33,745 bases of DNA, taken from assembly GCA_030167865.1 (NCBI GenBank), contig JALAGF010002572.1, positions 1-33,745 on the forward strand, written 5' to 3'. This document shows, piece after piece, positions 33,113-33,745 of this stretch. The notes beneath the pieces were generated by a model that worked only from the letters and a program-made list of their open reading frames with translations, was not told where the DNA came from and made no database searches. Both the position numbers and the translations under genes were made by a program. This DNA comes from Craspedostauros australis (Eukaryota). How positions within the stretch are numbered: position 1 is the first letter of the stretch; each line of letters begins with the position of its first letter.

Positions 33113-33208
33113 TGTGGTGCCTCGCTTCTTTTCTTCTTCTTCCCTTGCTTGTTTGCTTGTTTGCCCTGTGTTGTGAGAAGTATAGTATTATATGATATCC
33201 ATAATGAT

Positions 33209-33333
33209 TTTGGCCTGGTACTGGCCTACGCAGCTTGCGTCCGGACGCAAATTGGAGGTGCAGTTTGCGTCCCCACGCAAATTGGGCCAATTTGCGTCCG
33301 GACGCAAGCGGCGACTCAAAGGACTAGCCCAAA
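33209..33333. repeat. Nested palindrome / inverted-repeat element (MITE-like or regulatory) upstream of the nuclease-helicase gene
   Basis: A perfect 23-bp inverted repeat (33233-33255 vs 33287-33309), each arm holding the 16-bp palindrome TTGCGTCCGGACGCAA. A third variant copy sits between them at 33260-33285. The arms extend ungapped but imperfectly to 47 bp (33209-33255 vs 33287-33333). Confidence 0.9.
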
Positions 33334-33745
33334 TACGCTTTACGAGAAGCCGTTTTTTTTTCAAACCCTTTTTCGCTGGCCATCTCGACTCACGACATGA
33401 CTCATGTCTTACATCGATAATAATCGCTGCAGTTGTGGTAATTGAACAAACAATAATCATGATTCGTGTCCCACCCTCCTTGTTGTGTTACGCCGTTGCC
33501 AGGATTTTGGTGTTGTTGTCAGGATCGTGGTGGATGACATCAAAATCAAAAAGTAAAAGATTATTACCTCAGATCCCATGACGTCGAGAAAGAAAGACAG
33601 GCGCACGGAAAGGAACCCCTGAGACATGACCAATGACGCCGTGCTGTATCGTGGGCTTTTTTTTTTGGAAATCGCCAAATAAATGCGTTACTCGAAGGAG
33701 TCAGAAAAAAAAACAACCCACTTTCGGGTTTCGGAGCGAAATCGG

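Noticed and set aside
33230-33309. CRISPR-like array of palindromic repeats
   Set aside because: Only three units, no spacer-length unique sequences, mixed orientation, no cas genes, and a eukaryotic context.

Overview
This is a eukaryotic, intron-poor genomic window, most likely from a pennate diatom. That assignment is an inference from the GT-AG introns, the SSA-F bipartite-type presequence and the gene families present. Eight protein-coding genes are supported: (1) a kinase-less STAND/AAA_16-type ATPase (+, ~1082-5446); (2) a spliced ~1700-aa single-pass membrane protein with about 7 Cys-rich, bacterial-like extracellular repeats (-, 11889-6535); (3) a spliced NADPH oxidase (-, 15300-12223); (4) a small PARP-like ADP-ribosyltransferase-domain protein with a ubiquitin-binding-like helix (+, 16277-17074); (5) riboflavin kinase with an organelle presequence (-); (6) an ARM-repeat protein (-); (7) GDP-mannose 3',5'-epimerase (+); and (8) a 2279-aa fusion of an apparently intact FEN1/Asteroid-like 5' nuclease domain with a DEAH/RHA helicase (-). 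The fusion gene is preceded by a 125-bp nested palindrome/inverted-repeat element. No RNA genes, CRISPR arrays or intact transposons were recognised. The strongest candidates for something new are the nuclease-helicase fusion, the ART-domain protein and the defence-like gene neighbourhood. No database searches were run, so novelty is unverified.
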